64,000 nucleotides of DNA, taken from IMG/VR virus record IMGVR_UViG_3300048836_000416. One strand, written 5' to 3'. This DNA comes from an uncultured virus (IMG/VR IMGVR_UViG_3300048836_000416) (taxonomy: Duplodnaviria; Heunggongvirae; Uroviricota; Caudoviricetes). Made by a program: the position numbers and the translations under genes. The notes under the pieces were generated by a model. The model had not been told where the DNA came from. It made no database searches and saw nothing but the letters and a program-made list of their open reading frames with translations. Of this stretch, positions 1 to 11,003 are shown in pieces. Within the stretch, counting starts at the first letter, position 1; each line of letters opens with the position of its first letter.

Positions 1-3000
1 CACTACAGAACTTTGCTACGTTTGGTGGAGATGCTTCTTTTAATTTTAATACTTGTTCTTTTAAAGGTAATCGTATTTATCAGTTTAAAAATCCCAATGG
101 TGCTTGGATTAACTTTAATCAGTGTAAATTCTCTGGTGATGTATTTACGGGTGAGCCTGGAGATACTGTTGAAACTTATCACGATCAATATTTTAGAGCA
201 TTCCTTCATATTATAGGAACCTATCCTGACCGTATCAAAGTTAATCAGTCGCGCTTTGCAGAATTTACTGAAACTAACCCCTATGCTTTCCCTCAAACAG
301 ATGGAAATGGTGTTAGTTTTCCTAATACTATGACTTACTCTTCTTACTGGTTAGACCATTCTTCTGATGGTGAAGAAGTTAAGTATAAAGACTTAGGTTA
401 TCCGGATTATCTTGGGGTACCTTCTGCTTTCCATACTTGGGGCTTTAGTGGAAGAACATTTACAGGTAAGGTTAAGACTACATACAAACATGGTATTGGC
501 CCTGGCGACTTACTGTTATTTAGAGATGGCACCGATTTAATGCCTTGTATGATAACAGAAATTGATGCTGCTGATACAATTACAGCATTATTGATGACAG
601 ATTACATCTACGACAATACAAGTGGTGTATTTACAGGTTATTTAATAGATACTTCGCTTGCTGCGGGTAATGTTTTACATATCTCAAGCAGAAAGTTTCT
701 TAACAAAAGAACAATTACAGGTTCTTTTACTGCGGGTAGTACAACCGTAACTAATGTAAAGTATGTATTAGACAATAGCGATGCTGCTTCTACATTTGAA
801 CAATATACTCCATTACTTAATGCTGATGGTTTATATGAATCTTCTTTGTCTCCTGTGTCTACTGATACTTGGGTAGATAGCGTACTTAGTGCATCTTCTT
901 TGAAACTTAGTGAAGCAGCAACTAGAACAGGTACTTATCCTATACAAAACTGTTATTTTGGTACAACTCCTGATAGAACAATATTACCTGTACAAGAAAT
1001 TGCTTTTGGTAATGGCTATGGCATTAAGAGTGAGGCTGAATTCAATTATGATTCGACCAACAATAGAATAGGACTAAATACTGCTTCTCCAACACGACAA
1101 TTGACCTTAGCCCACAAGGCAGGGATGACAACCACAAATGGTGGTATTTTGATGCCTACTGATGGAACTCTTGATGCAGACCCACAACAACGAATTGAGT
1201 TTACTGCTGTTGGTACAGGCCCATACACACAAAGAGGTTATATTGGATTTGATGGATTTAGTAATGGCGGCGCTACACCTAAAGGACAAGCACTTGTGTT
1301 TGGATTAACTACTGATGGTCAAAGCGTATTAGGTACTACCTCTTTAAGCGAGAATCAACTCGCTGTAAATAATAGTAGCAATTTTACAATTGCTAACAAT
1401 ACTGGAAGACTTAGAATACAAGCAACAAGTGCTGGTATTTATAGTTCCGATGTACCTTGGTTGCTAACCAACTCATCTTATACAACTAATGACGCTACAT
1501 CTAGACTTAAAGTAGTAGGAGCAAGTGCAGATAGTTCTTCTACTAACTATGGTTTGTCTGTGTTTAATGGATTTAACCAAAGAACATTTAGTGTAAGAAA
1601 TGACGGCAACACTATTGTAGGAGGTAGAGCAGTAGCAAGTGAATTACAAATACTTGAGGCTACTGGATCAGGTACTAACTACACAGGATTTAAAGCACAA
1701 GCAATGGCAGGTAACGTAGTTTACACACTACCTGCTGCCTCTGGAACCGCAGGACAACAACTAACTTGGAACTCAAGCAACATATTAACCTGGGAAGATG
1801 CTGGTGGTACACCTACAAATATTTATACTGCGGATGGCGATATTAAAGCAGGGGGTACAATATTAGATGCGAGTGGTAACGATGGTTTATATTTCTTAGT
1901 AGATAACGCTGCTGCTGCTAATGATTATGTAATAAGGATGGCTGCTGATTATGCAGCAGATGATGCTTTTAGCCATTGGTTACACACAACTACCGGCTCT
2001 GACTCGTTAGATATATATTCTTATGATGATGGTTTATATGTGGAATGGGAAGGGACTACTGGAGTTGGAGAAGGATTTACTATTAGTAGCAATACGATAT
2101 TAAATCTTACTGCGGATTCAGTTCGAGTACAGTCACTACCTATAAGAACTACTTTACCATTTATGGTTGGGTTGCAAGGCAATACGTTATCTAAGATAGA
2201 AGGTACAACAGATGGAGAGGTTTTGGTATGGGATGAAACAAATGGAGGCTTTTGGGAGATTGGAACAGCGAGTGGTAGTGATGGGAATATTTATGATAAT
2301 GATGGTAACATAACTGTTCCTTTACGTCAAATGACAATCGACAGTGGTGTGCTAAAAATAGATCAAACCAGAACTATATTTACAGGAGATACTGATTTTA
2401 AATTTGGTAGTTCTCTCGACTTTGGGAATTTAGATGTTGGTTATACTGCAATATCTTCTACCCTTCAAAGAATATCAGACGATACTGATATAAGTGGAAC
2501 ATTACGAGTCGATCCTTCTGGTGTAATCTTGTTCGCTCAATCTTCTCTTGATGGTAGTGCAGCATCTACTTATGTCCAACTCGATACACTTGGATTGTAT
2601 TTTTCAAATGGGTTGAAAACAATATGGTATGAAGAGACAAGTGGAGGAAACTATACAAGTTTTAGATCAGGCAGCATGACTACTAATCTTGAATATATCT
2701 GGCCTACTGATACTCCAGGAGATGGTGAGGTTCTTACGTGGAACACAGGAGATCAATTAAGTTGGGAAACTGCTGGAGGCGGAGGTGGTGGCATATACGG
2801 AGGAAGTGATAATATTGCTTCTGGAGTAACAGCCACCTTATTAGAAGGTGACGAGTTTATATTCGCCTATTTTAATACAAATAGTGCAATATCAATTGAT
2901 GATGATGGCGGCGAGATTTCTTTATATAGCCCAAACAGCAATAATTATTTCCGAATCAATGATAGTAGGGCATTTGTATCAATATTAGACAATACAATAG

Positions 3001-4880
3001 ATATAGATGAAAACAAAATAAGTTTTAGTGCCGATACTGGATTTGTAAGGCTTGTTTTATATGAACCTAATGGTTCTGGTAGCAATTATACAGAGTTTAC
3101 TCAACCAGCAATGGCAACAAGTCAAACTTATATACTACCAAGCGATGCTCCAAATGATGGAGAGGCTTTGGTCTGGAATACTGGCGGAACTCTATCATGG
3201 GAAGCAGCAGGCGGAGCAGATGGAAATGGTATATATGATGGAGACGGTACGCTTCAATCGGGTACAACTAATGCTCTTTTACCTGCCAGTGCAACTTTTA
3301 GGTTAGATTATGATGGAGGAAATCCTGGCATATCTATCAATGATGCACTTGATCAAGCGTATATTTCAGGTCAAAATGGTACATATACAGTATATGCTGA
3401 CAACTCTAATTCAGGACTTACTCATGCTACTGGTGGATGGTTAACTGGTAGCACCTATGCTTTAACAGGATCAGCAAGTGTAGCAAGTACAAATACTGTT
3501 ACTGATCGTTTGGTGATTCAAGGTAATGTTGCATCTACTGTTGCGTCTAATGGATTTGGTAGTGGTATATTGTTTCAAGGAGAATCTTCTACTACTGATA
3601 ATCAGGATATGGCACGGATTAGTGCTGCTTGGACTACCGCTACTCATGCAAATAGAGAGGCAAAGGTTAGTTTTCAAGTTGGCAATAATGCAGGAGCATT
3701 AGCAGAGATAGCAAATTTTAATGTTGACGGAAATGCAGATGGGCAACTATCAATAGGCACATCATCACCAGTTACTATTAATAATAGTTCATTTACTCCT
3801 GGTGCATCATACACAATAGGCGGAACAAGTCAATTAGTCATAGGTGGAGCAAATGGATTGATATTCGTTAGGACAAGTAATACGACAGGGATTAGTATAT
3901 ATCCTACCAATACAACAAATTCAGGTTTTATTGATATTGGAAATTCAACTAACTATGCTAATACATCTGGAAGCAGAAGTATATTAAAACATACTGGAAA
4001 TTTTACTCCGACAAGTGGGACAGCAAATTTAGCATCTGTTGAGTTTTCTGGTACATTAAATCAAACTGGCGGGGCCAATGGTATTACACGTGGAATATAC
4101 CTTAACCAAACCCTAACAGCAGTTACAGATTTCCGAGCATTGGAAATTGCTGCTAATGGTACTAACGGAAAAGCAATTTATCAGACAGGTGCTACAATGA
4201 CTAACAACTTTGTTGGCGGCATTGCAGCAGGTACTACATCTGCTCCTAACGCCAGTGCTCAGATTGACATTGTGAGCACAACTAAAGGTCTTGGTATTCC
4301 AAGTATGACTGACGCACAAAGAGATGCAATCAGTAGCCCAAGGGAAGGTTTAGTGGTTTATACCACTGACCAAGATGCTCTTTCTTTAAGAGATAATGGC
4401 ATTTGGAAACGATTGCCTACTACAAGGACAGTATTGAAAACAGCAGATGAAACAGTAAATAACAGTTCGACGTATCAAACAGACGATGCTTTAACTTTCA
4501 CGGCAAAGGCCAACAAAAAATATGTAGTAAAATACTACATATCGCTGAACGATCCAAATAATGATGTCGCAACAGGAGGTACGAAGTTTAAGGTAACTGC
4601 ATCTGGAGCCACTACCGTGAAGTATTATGCTGAATTATCTAACCTTGTTTTTGGGGCTACATATTCAAATAATCCGCACAGTGATAATGCTGCTGATATT
4701 TACTGTGCCGATGCTTTTGCATCCTATACTGACGATTTTATGTATGTGCAAATGACTGCGTATATTAATCCTGGCGCATCTGATCGAACGGTTAACTTAG
4801 AGTGGGCGCAGATTAATGCAAATGCAAACAACACTAAAATACTTGAGGGTTCGTTCCTCGAATACGAAGAGATTGATTAA
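1..4880 (+). CDS. Tail fibre / receptor-binding protein, 5'-truncated (>1600 aa)
   Basis: Frame is open from position 3 into the 330..4880 ORF. G/T/S/N-rich beta-type sequence with RIGLNTASP and APNASAQIDIVSTTKGLGIPSMT motifs typical of Bacteroidota phage fibres, plus internal repeats; lies next to the tail nozzle gene. Confidence 0.8.
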   Translation, partial: LQNFATFGGDASFNFNTCSFKGNRIYQFKNPNGAWINFNQCKFSGDVFTGEPGDTVETYHDQYFRAFLHIIGTYPDRIKVNQSRFAEFTETNPYAFPQTDGNGVSFPNTMTYSSYWLDHSSDGEEVKYKDLGYPDYLGVPSAFHTWGFSGRTFTGKVKTTYKHGIGPGDLLLFRDGTDLMPCMITEIDAADTITALLMTDYIYDNTSGVFTGYLIDTSLAAGNVLHISSRKFLNKRTITGSFTAGSTTVTNVKYVLDNSDAASTFEQYTPLLNADGLYESSLSPVSTDTWVDSVLSASSLKLSEAATRTGTYPIQNCYFGTTPDRTILPVQEIAFGNGYGIKSEAEFNYDSTNNRIGLNTASPTRQLTLAHKAGMTTTNGGILMPTDGTLDADPQQRIEFTAVGTGPYTQRGYIGFDGFSNGGATPKGQALVFGLTTDGQSVLGTTSLSENQLAVNNSSNFTIANNTGRLRIQATSAGIYSSDVPWLLTNSSYTTNDATSRLKVVGASADSSSTNYGLSVFNGFNQRTFSVRNDGNTIVGGRAVASELQILEATGSGTNYTGFKAQAMAGNVVYTLPAASGTAGQQLTWNSSNILTWEDAGGTPTNIYTADGDIKAGGTILDASGNDGLYFLVDNAAAANDYVIRMAADYAADDAFSHWLHTTTGSDSLDIYSYDDGLYVEWEGTTGVGEGFTISSNTILNLTADSVRVQSLPIRTTLPFMVGLQGNTLSKIEGTTDGEVLVWDETNGGFWEIGTASGSDGNIYDNDGNITVPLRQMTIDSGVLKIDQTRTIFTGDTDFKFGSSLDFGNLDVGYTAISSTLQRISDDTDISGTLRVDPSGVILFAQSSLDGSAASTYVQLDTLGLYFSNGLKTIWYEETSGGNYTSFRSGSMTTNLEYIWPTDTPGDGEVLTWNTGDQLSWETAGGGGGGIYGGSDNIASGVTATLLEGDEFIFAYFNTNSAISIDDDGGEISLYSPNSNNYFRINDSRAFVSILDNTIDIDENKISFSADTGFVRLVLYEPNGSGSNYTEFTQPAMATSQTYILPSDAPNDGEALVWNTGGTLSWEAAGGADGNGIYDGDGTLQSGTTNALLPASATFRLDYDGGNPGISINDALDQAYISGQNGTYTVYADNSNSGLTHATGGWLTGSTYALTGSASVASTNTVTDRLVIQGNVASTVASNGFGSGILFQGESSTTDNQDMARISAAWTTATHANREAKVSFQVGNNAGALAEIANFNVDGNADGQLSIGTSSPVTINNSSFTPGASYTIGGTSQLVIGGANGLIFVRTSNTTGISIYPTNTTNSGFIDIGNSTNYANTSGSRSILKHTGNFTPTSGTANLASVEFSGTLNQTGGANGITRGIYLNQTLTAVTDFRALEIAANGTNGKAIYQTGATMTNNFVGGIAAGTTSAPNASAQIDIVSTTKGLGIPSMTDAQRDAISSPREGLVVYTTDQDALSLRDNGIWKRLPTTRTVLKTADETVNNSSTYQTDDALTFTAKANKKYVVKYYISLNDPNNDVATGGTKFKVTASGATTVKYYAELSNLVFGATYSNNPHSDNAADIYCADAFASYTDDFMYVQMTAYINPGASDRTVNLEWAQINANANNTKILEGSFLEYEEID

Positions 4881-4894
4881 CTAACAATCATATT

Positions 4895-5569
4895 ATGAAA
4901 TCAACATTGCTATTTTTATTGCTCCCGGTTTTCTTGTTCGCGCAGAACGTAAAGTCAAGCCGGGATACCATTATGAACGATGGTGAAAAATTCATTCGGT
5001 TTTCAGAGGTAATCTACGAAGACGGCCGGCGCGTCACCGAAGAAGCGCCCATGGATTCGGTGGAGATTGCCAAGGTGAATGAGAACGAGGTTCGGCGCAT
5101 TGCCAACGAGATCAGTGAACTCAGTATCCGGGGCCTGGAGCGCAAACGGGCCGGTCAGATCATTCAGAACAAAGCCAGGAAAGTCAAAGACGTTTCTGGC
5201 GTTGATGTGCTGGACTCAATTGGGTTTGCCCTGTTTGAGAAAATCGTGGACATTGACTGGCAACTTGTCGGGATTGATACGGCGCCGGTAGAAGTAGACT
5301 TAAACCGGGGTCCCAATAATTTCCGGCTAAATATTCGCGGCCAAAACTTTAAGGTCGTAGTCTATAACGAATATTGGCTGCAAATTGTGGACCTTTATGG
5401 CAAGAACAACGACCTCGATCTATTTCTCTGGAATGGCGCATACGTAAGCCCTGACTACCGGGTGATCATGCAGGCCAAAGGTAAGAAGTCGGAGCGAACC
5501 ACCAGAGAAGTTGCGGCGCCACCGACGAAAACCAAAAAGAAGAACACTACAATTTCAAAAAGGAATTAA
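4895..5569 (+). CDS. Hypothetical protein with Sec signal peptide
   Basis: MKSTLLFLLLPVFLFA|Q N-terminus; tightly packed between neighbouring genes. Confidence 0.7.
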   Translation: MKSTLLFLLLPVFLFAQNVKSSRDTIMNDGEKFIRFSEVIYEDGRRVTEEAPMDSVEIAKVNENEVRRIANEISELSIRGLERKRAGQIIQNKARKVKDVSGVDVLDSIGFALFEKIVDIDWQLVGIDTAPVEVDLNRGPNNFRLNIRGQNFKVVVYNEYWLQIVDLYGKNNDLDLFLWNGAYVSPDYRVIMQAKGKKSERTTREVAAPPTKTKKKNTTISKRN

Positions 5570-8500
5570 ATGCAACTGTCCGGGCAAATATTCACCGGTG
5601 TTCTTGACACCGACAGCGACCCAAGGGTAATCTCCGCAGAGGATTACACCTATGCCATCAATATTTTGAATGGTTACGGGGAAACCCCTGGGTCGCTGAT
5701 ATTTGCCAAGGGCACAGTATCGTATGACCTTGAACTCCCAGGCGGCGATAATAAGTGTATCGGCACCTGTGAAGACAAGCAGAATGCGGCGCTGTTTGCG
5801 TTCGTTTACAACTCCAACGGCGACCACGGTATCTACAAATATTCCCTGATCACCAACTCCCACATTGTAATCGCGCAAGGCGCCTTCCTGGCGTTCCAGG
5901 AGGCGTGGAGAATTAACCACGCCAAGGTTGTCAATGGGTCGCTCCTTTACTGGACCGATGCTGTCACAGACGAAACCACGGTGTCTGGGAACCCGCAAAG
6001 AAAGATCAACGCCATCAAGGCTGATTTGACCAAGGCGGAGTACACGTATGAGTTGTACGCCGACCTTGAGATAAACCTACCATTCGCCAACGGAAACACC
6101 TACTACTTTTCGATCATTGTCGGGAACGACCCGAACAGTGAAACCGAAGTAAACGAATACACGGCCGACGGTACATACGAGGCCGACCCGGCCGGTGGAC
6201 TGGAGTGGTTGCTCACCAACCTTCGGAACGATTACGAACCGGTTGGCCTATCCTTCGAGTCTTGTGATGGATGTAAAATAAAGATCACTATCCCGTCTGA
6301 AACGGGCCGGTTTTTCTTTGAACCATCCGCCACCGACACTTTGATGGTCGGGACGAACCTTTACCCCATTGATCTCGAAGATCATCATATCGACCTCTTA
6401 AAGGTCCCGCCGACGTGCGCTCCTACGGCGACGTACTTCTACGACGCTGAGGTGTCCACCAACAACGTCACACGATTGTGCGCCCAGTTCCGGGTTAGAT
6501 ACATCTATGACGACTACGAACGCTCCGCCTGGGGGCCTGTGTCGAACATTGCCCTGAATACCGGAGTAGACGGAGAGGTGATCTCATTGCTGAATGCCAT
6601 CAAGATAGTGTTCACTGACGAGAAATTCACCGACCCTTCTTGGATGACAATGATCCGCCAGGTAGAGTTGGCTTTCCGCGATGGTAACGCAAACGATTGG
6701 CGCCTGGTGGGAAGATTCGATGCTTGCGAGATCGGAATAACGACTCAAGAGATTTACTTTTACAACGACAAGCAGTATTCGGTCTTGGCGTCAGATGACT
6801 TATCCACGCCGGCTACACTACAAGTTCTCAAGCCATTCGACTTCCTTCCGATCAGGAGTCTATGTTTGGAGGCCACGGCAAACGCCGAAGGAAACACCCT
6901 TTTGTTCCTGGGCGCCAACCAGGAGAATTACGAAAACCCTGACTGCATTGACCTATCTGTTGAACCGGTAGAGTTTGAGGAGGATTGCTTGATTGATATT
7001 ATTGGGACGGTCGAAATTGTAAACGACGCCAATTTTTCCGATGCTGACCCAGATTTCAGCGCATACCCGCTTGGCGGGATTGTAGTTTATTTGGCTGGCA
7101 CTCCGTACTACGGAATCTCGAATAACCCGGCTGATGGAAGCGGCGATGGTGGATTTATCATCAAAGGCGTTCCACGCGGCCGGTACATAATGCGAGCCGC
7201 TTCATACAAGTGCTCCTTCACCAATGACCTATCGCCGCGCTACAATCTCGCTAATGGCCTGGAGTGGCAGCGTACCTCTGCCCCGGTGATTGACATGGCC
7301 GGCGCCGTCGCAAACGGGCTGTGCCAATATGAGCGCGAAATAGACCTTGGTTTATTTACTGATCCGGTGTTCGATTTGGATACCGAGACAGATTACGGAA
7401 CGATCCAAATTGCCAACGCGCACGAAACGGAAAAACTGCTTTACGTTGGGGAGTCGCAGGACCATGACCCGGCAATTGTTTTCCTTGAGGTGTACCTGCT
7501 CGATAACGCAGAAACGTATGACACTCAGGACAAAAGAATTGGCGCCATATCGGTGGAGCGACAAGACCTTACCTTTACACTTGTCTCCCCAGACACCGCC
7601 CTGGCAACCGAAAAGACAGACCACAATGGGTACTGTTGGTATCGGGCATTTGAAGATGAAGACGAGACGAACAGCACCCCGTTTGGATTTAAGGTGAACG
7701 GAGTGTTGGTTGACACTACCCCAGCCGATAACCCGCTTTGGCCCGGGGATTATTTGCAGATGTACGACGACTCGCTTGCGTTCGCCGTAAACCCAAATAC
7801 CTTGTATTACACCGCCGCATACCAAACTGAAAACCGGTTCATTTTCAACGACGGGAACTTTAGCATCATTGGCCCCATCCAGATCACTTGCCAAGCAGTT
7901 GCAGACGATGCAACTACCGGAGTTGATGGGGTGATATTTACATACACTCGTACCGGCCGGACTGCGATTGCAGGATTCGATGGGTCCGCGCAGATTGCTA
8001 TTTACGTTCCTCCGCTTGAGGTGCCGTTCGTTGTAAGAACCAGGGACAATGACAATATCATTGCTCTTTATTTGCCCGATTTTTGTCACGATGGGTATCC
8101 TGATCCTGACTACGAAAATGTAATCGTCACAGAAAACGACACCTCTCCAGTTACAGGCCCTACTTTCCAGTTTTTACTGGACGACATGGACTTCGCCACC
8201 GGCCGGTTCTTGAAAGGCGGCGGTGAGTATTCCTTTGGAATCGTGTATGAAGATCGCGGGAACCGAACCCCTGGCGCGATATTTGGATCGAAACTAAAAA
8301 TACCAGTCCACGTTGACGGATTGACCAAGTGGCAAATGCAGTGGTCGATCAATAGCATACCTCCGGATTGGGCTACACACTACCGGATCGTGCGGCTGAA
8401 AAACGCCATCCATTCAGTGTATGTCCAGTGGACCGTTCCCGAGGTTATCTATGCCCGGATACCTTCGCAACTTGAGAACCCTATCCCCACCACCTTCGCG

Positions 8501-10180
8501 GCCGGGGACTACACACATATACTTTTAAAGTTATATTCTCCGATCACAGTTGATCCGGATGCCGATCCGGCCACTACTCTGTTCTTTGACCAGGACGGCC
8601 AATCTGGCTACCTTCCTCAAAACGGGGACAAGATTCGTCTCATACTTGATGACGCGGCGAATGGAATAAACACGGCAGCCAGGACATACGAAGGTGATAT
8701 CATTGGGCTTTACGTAGATGGCGCCGACCAGTATGCTATTGTGCCGGCAGTTTTCGGGACCCTCGAAGTTAAGCCTGGATTCTTGATCGAATACTTCACC
8801 CCTGTCACCGGAGAAGCGGAGATATACTACGAAGGTGGTGAGGACTGCTATGAGATAGGTGATCCGGGCACCGAAGGAAGATACCACAAGGGTCCCATCC
8901 AAGACCAAGTTCCTGGTGGTGATCCGGCTACCGGGAAATACACCGGTGGTGATACATACTGGCGTCGTCAGCGGTACACCGAAACTGGCATATACCAGAC
9001 TGAGCACCAGTCCCCGAACCGGCTTATCACAGACCGGTGTGAAGATATTGGCCGGCCGTTTGCTTTGTCTACGGACATCCAGGCTGAGTCCTATAACTCC
9101 AGGGTACGGGTATCGGGCGCGTTTATTCCAAAAAGTTCAATCAACAACCTATCGAGTTGGTCGTCGCTTGACTACAAAGACATCAACGGCCAATGGGGCA
9201 CGATAATGTTCCTTGGTTTCTCGAATAACACCTTGCTTGCGATATGCAAGTTCAAGGTGCAGCCGATCTATGTGAGCAAAGGAGAACTGCTCTACCTGTC
9301 CGGACAAACCAACGTCGGAAGGAGTGATCAGATCATGGAGATTGCTGACGAGTCGGTAACTGATTACGGCACCCACAACCCTGAGTCGGTAATTATTGAA
9401 GGGTCGTATGTGTATTTCTGGGACAAGTTTCAAGGCGCCGTTTGCCGGTACGCCCAGAATGGAGTTGTTCCGATCACGACAAAAATGATCAACCACTTCA
9501 ACGCTATTGGCAAGGAGCGGTTGGCGTTGGCCAGCGGGGACTTGGCGATTGGCGGGTATGACCGGGAGCATCAAATGTATTTCCTATCCTTCTCTGGAGA
9601 AGGCGATACGATAGAGACTATTTCCTATGACGAATTAAAGGGTGGGTGGGGATCGTACTGGTCCTTTAACCCTGGCGCATACGGCAGGATTGGGCAGATG
9701 ATGATCTCGTTTGACCAGTCTGGTGGAATGTGGAAACATTATGAGTCTGAAACCAGATCGAATTTTTATGGAGAACAATACAAGCCGCAGATCACATTCG
9801 TCATTAATGAAGCGCCGGCGCAAGTTAAACGGTTCAAATCCATCCGAGTCATGGCTAACCGTAAGTTCGTGTGCCCCACGATCTCGGTTCCGTTCAACTA
9901 TGATTATTCGAGTGGTCAGGCAAGCAAATTACTTGCGAATCACTTCGGTAATTACGAAGGCCAATGGATGGCAGACTTTTTGAGGGATATGAATGACACC
10001 GACGCCCAGTTCGATGCAATAACCCCGCTGGCGACCAAGCAAGCAAGCGCAATGTTACGCGGCCGGGAACTACGGGGCGAGTTGATGTTCGTTACACTTG
10101 AGGCAGAAGACGGATCACTGTCAACTGTTTTGACCAGGGCGGATGTTTATTTTATCCCGTCGATGGTATCGCATCCATAA
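5570..10180 (+). CDS. Tail nozzle/muzzle (stabilization) protein, crAss-like
   Basis: 1536 aa; N-terminal FTGVLDTDSDPRVI..DYTYAINI and C-terminal beta-propeller-like region (YGTHNPES, YFWD, SYDE..GW.SYWSF.P) resemble crAss/P22 gp10-like nozzle proteins; precedes the ejection genes. Confidence 0.75.
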   Translation: MQLSGQIFTGVLDTDSDPRVISAEDYTYAINILNGYGETPGSLIFAKGTVSYDLELPGGDNKCIGTCEDKQNAALFAFVYNSNGDHGIYKYSLITNSHIVIAQGAFLAFQEAWRINHAKVVNGSLLYWTDAVTDETTVSGNPQRKINAIKADLTKAEYTYELYADLEINLPFANGNTYYFSIIVGNDPNSETEVNEYTADGTYEADPAGGLEWLLTNLRNDYEPVGLSFESCDGCKIKITIPSETGRFFFEPSATDTLMVGTNLYPIDLEDHHIDLLKVPPTCAPTATYFYDAEVSTNNVTRLCAQFRVRYIYDDYERSAWGPVSNIALNTGVDGEVISLLNAIKIVFTDEKFTDPSWMTMIRQVELAFRDGNANDWRLVGRFDACEIGITTQEIYFYNDKQYSVLASDDLSTPATLQVLKPFDFLPIRSLCLEATANAEGNTLLFLGANQENYENPDCIDLSVEPVEFEEDCLIDIIGTVEIVNDANFSDADPDFSAYPLGGIVVYLAGTPYYGISNNPADGSGDGGFIIKGVPRGRYIMRAASYKCSFTNDLSPRYNLANGLEWQRTSAPVIDMAGAVANGLCQYEREIDLGLFTDPVFDLDTETDYGTIQIANAHETEKLLYVGESQDHDPAIVFLEVYLLDNAETYDTQDKRIGAISVERQDLTFTLVSPDTALATEKTDHNGYCWYRAFEDEDETNSTPFGFKVNGVLVDTTPADNPLWPGDYLQMYDDSLAFAVNPNTLYYTAAYQTENRFIFNDGNFSIIGPIQITCQAVADDATTGVDGVIFTYTRTGRTAIAGFDGSAQIAIYVPPLEVPFVVRTRDNDNIIALYLPDFCHDGYPDPDYENVIVTENDTSPVTGPTFQFLLDDMDFATGRFLKGGGEYSFGIVYEDRGNRTPGAIFGSKLKIPVHVDGLTKWQMQWSINSIPPDWATHYRIVRLKNAIHSVYVQWTVPEVIYARIPSQLENPIPTTFAAGDYTHILLKLYSPITVDPDADPATTLFFDQDGQSGYLPQNGDKIRLILDDAANGINTAARTYEGDIIGLYVDGADQYAIVPAVFGTLEVKPGFLIEYFTPVTGEAEIYYEGGEDCYEIGDPGTEGRYHKGPIQDQVPGGDPATGKYTGGDTYWRRQRYTETGIYQTEHQSPNRLITDRCEDIGRPFALSTDIQAESYNSRVRVSGAFIPKSSINNLSSWSSLDYKDINGQWGTIMFLGFSNNTLLAICKFKVQPIYVSKGELLYLSGQTNVGRSDQIMEIADESVTDYGTHNPESVIIEGSYVYFWDKFQGAVCRYAQNGVVPITTKMINHFNAIGKERLALASGDLAIGGYDREHQMYFLSFSGEGDTIETISYDELKGGWGSYWSFNPGAYGRIGQMMISFDQSGGMWKHYESETRSNFYGEQYKPQITFVINEAPAQVKRFKSIRVMANRKFVCPTISVPFNYDYSSGQASKLLANHFGNYEGQWMADFLRDMNDTDAQFDAITPLATKQASAMLRGRELRGELMFVTLEAEDGSLSTVLTRADVYFIPSMVSHP

Positions 10181-10186
10181 AAACCA

Positions 10187-10213
10187 TACTTTTGTACCTA
10201 AATAAAAATAACA
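10187..10213 (+). promoter_or_regulatory. Bacteroidota-type -7 box TACTTTTG plus leader AATAAAAATAACA
   Basis: Matches TAnnTTTG; same leader as at 25990 and 53889. Confidence 0.55.
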
Positions 10214-10216
10214 TAA

Positions 10217-11002
10217 ATGCCGCTTCCTCTTGCACTTATCCCTGCCTTATTTCAAGCCGGTGTTGGCATAGCCCAACAGATGGATGCGAAAGATGCAGCC
10301 AAAAATAATGTGCGGCCTGAGTACAAGACTCCGCAGGAGTTACTCACCGCGCTCAGCCTGTCGAAATCCCAGTTCTCTGATCCCCGATTTGCAGGGCAGG
10401 CGCAACTTGAGGCGTCGGTTGGCCAAAACCTTTCGCAGTCTCTTGAGGCTGCCCAGAGCCGGGGGAATGGTATGCAGCAAGTGGCCGGCATTGCAGCAGC
10501 AGGAAACCAGGCAAGCCAGGATATCGCTGCCGAACAGGCGCGACAACAGCAGAATGATCTGGGTAATTACCAGAACATGCTCAAGATCATTGCCGGGTCA
10601 AAAGACCAGGAGTGGCAATTGAACAAGTTCGCGCCATACTCGGACAAATACAATGAGATGCGCGAGATGAAAGGTGCCGGGCAGCAAAACCTATTCAGCG
10701 CACTTGATTCAATGGCCGCTATCACAGGCCGCTTCTCAAGCGCCGGCGCCGGAAACCAACCGGTAAACATTCCAGCAGTGGCAAGCAGCGCCGCTGCCGC
10801 CAACCAAACCTCGCAGCAACAAAGCAAATACGTTGATGTACTGTTGGCGAAGCAGATGTCGCAATGGGCGCAACTTGGACAGCAATTTAGCGGAATGAGG
10901 TACGGCCAGGATCAGTATACCCCAAGAGACTCAAACACTCCATTTATGAATCGCAACTCCGACTCTTATTTCCCCGGAGAGGCAGACACATATTACAAAT
11001 AA
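10217..11002 (+). CDS. Putative internal virion (ejection/pilot) protein
   Basis: A/Q/G-rich helical protein with hydrophobic N-terminus directly after the nozzle gene, the usual podovirus position. Confidence 0.6.
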   Translation: MPLPLALIPALFQAGVGIAQQMDAKDAAKNNVRPEYKTPQELLTALSLSKSQFSDPRFAGQAQLEASVGQNLSQSLEAAQSRGNGMQQVAGIAAAGNQASQDIAAEQARQQQNDLGNYQNMLKIIAGSKDQEWQLNKFAPYSDKYNEMREMKGAGQQNLFSALDSMAAITGRFSSAGAGNQPVNIPAVASSAAAANQTSQQQSKYVDVLLAKQMSQWAQLGQQFSGMRYGQDQYTPRDSNTPFMNRNSDSYFPGEADTYYK

Positions 11003-11003
11003 T

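Noticed and set aside
1..4880. Diversity-generating retroelement targeting the tail fibre
   Set aside because: No reverse transcriptase and no TR/VR pair differing at adenines was seen in the window.
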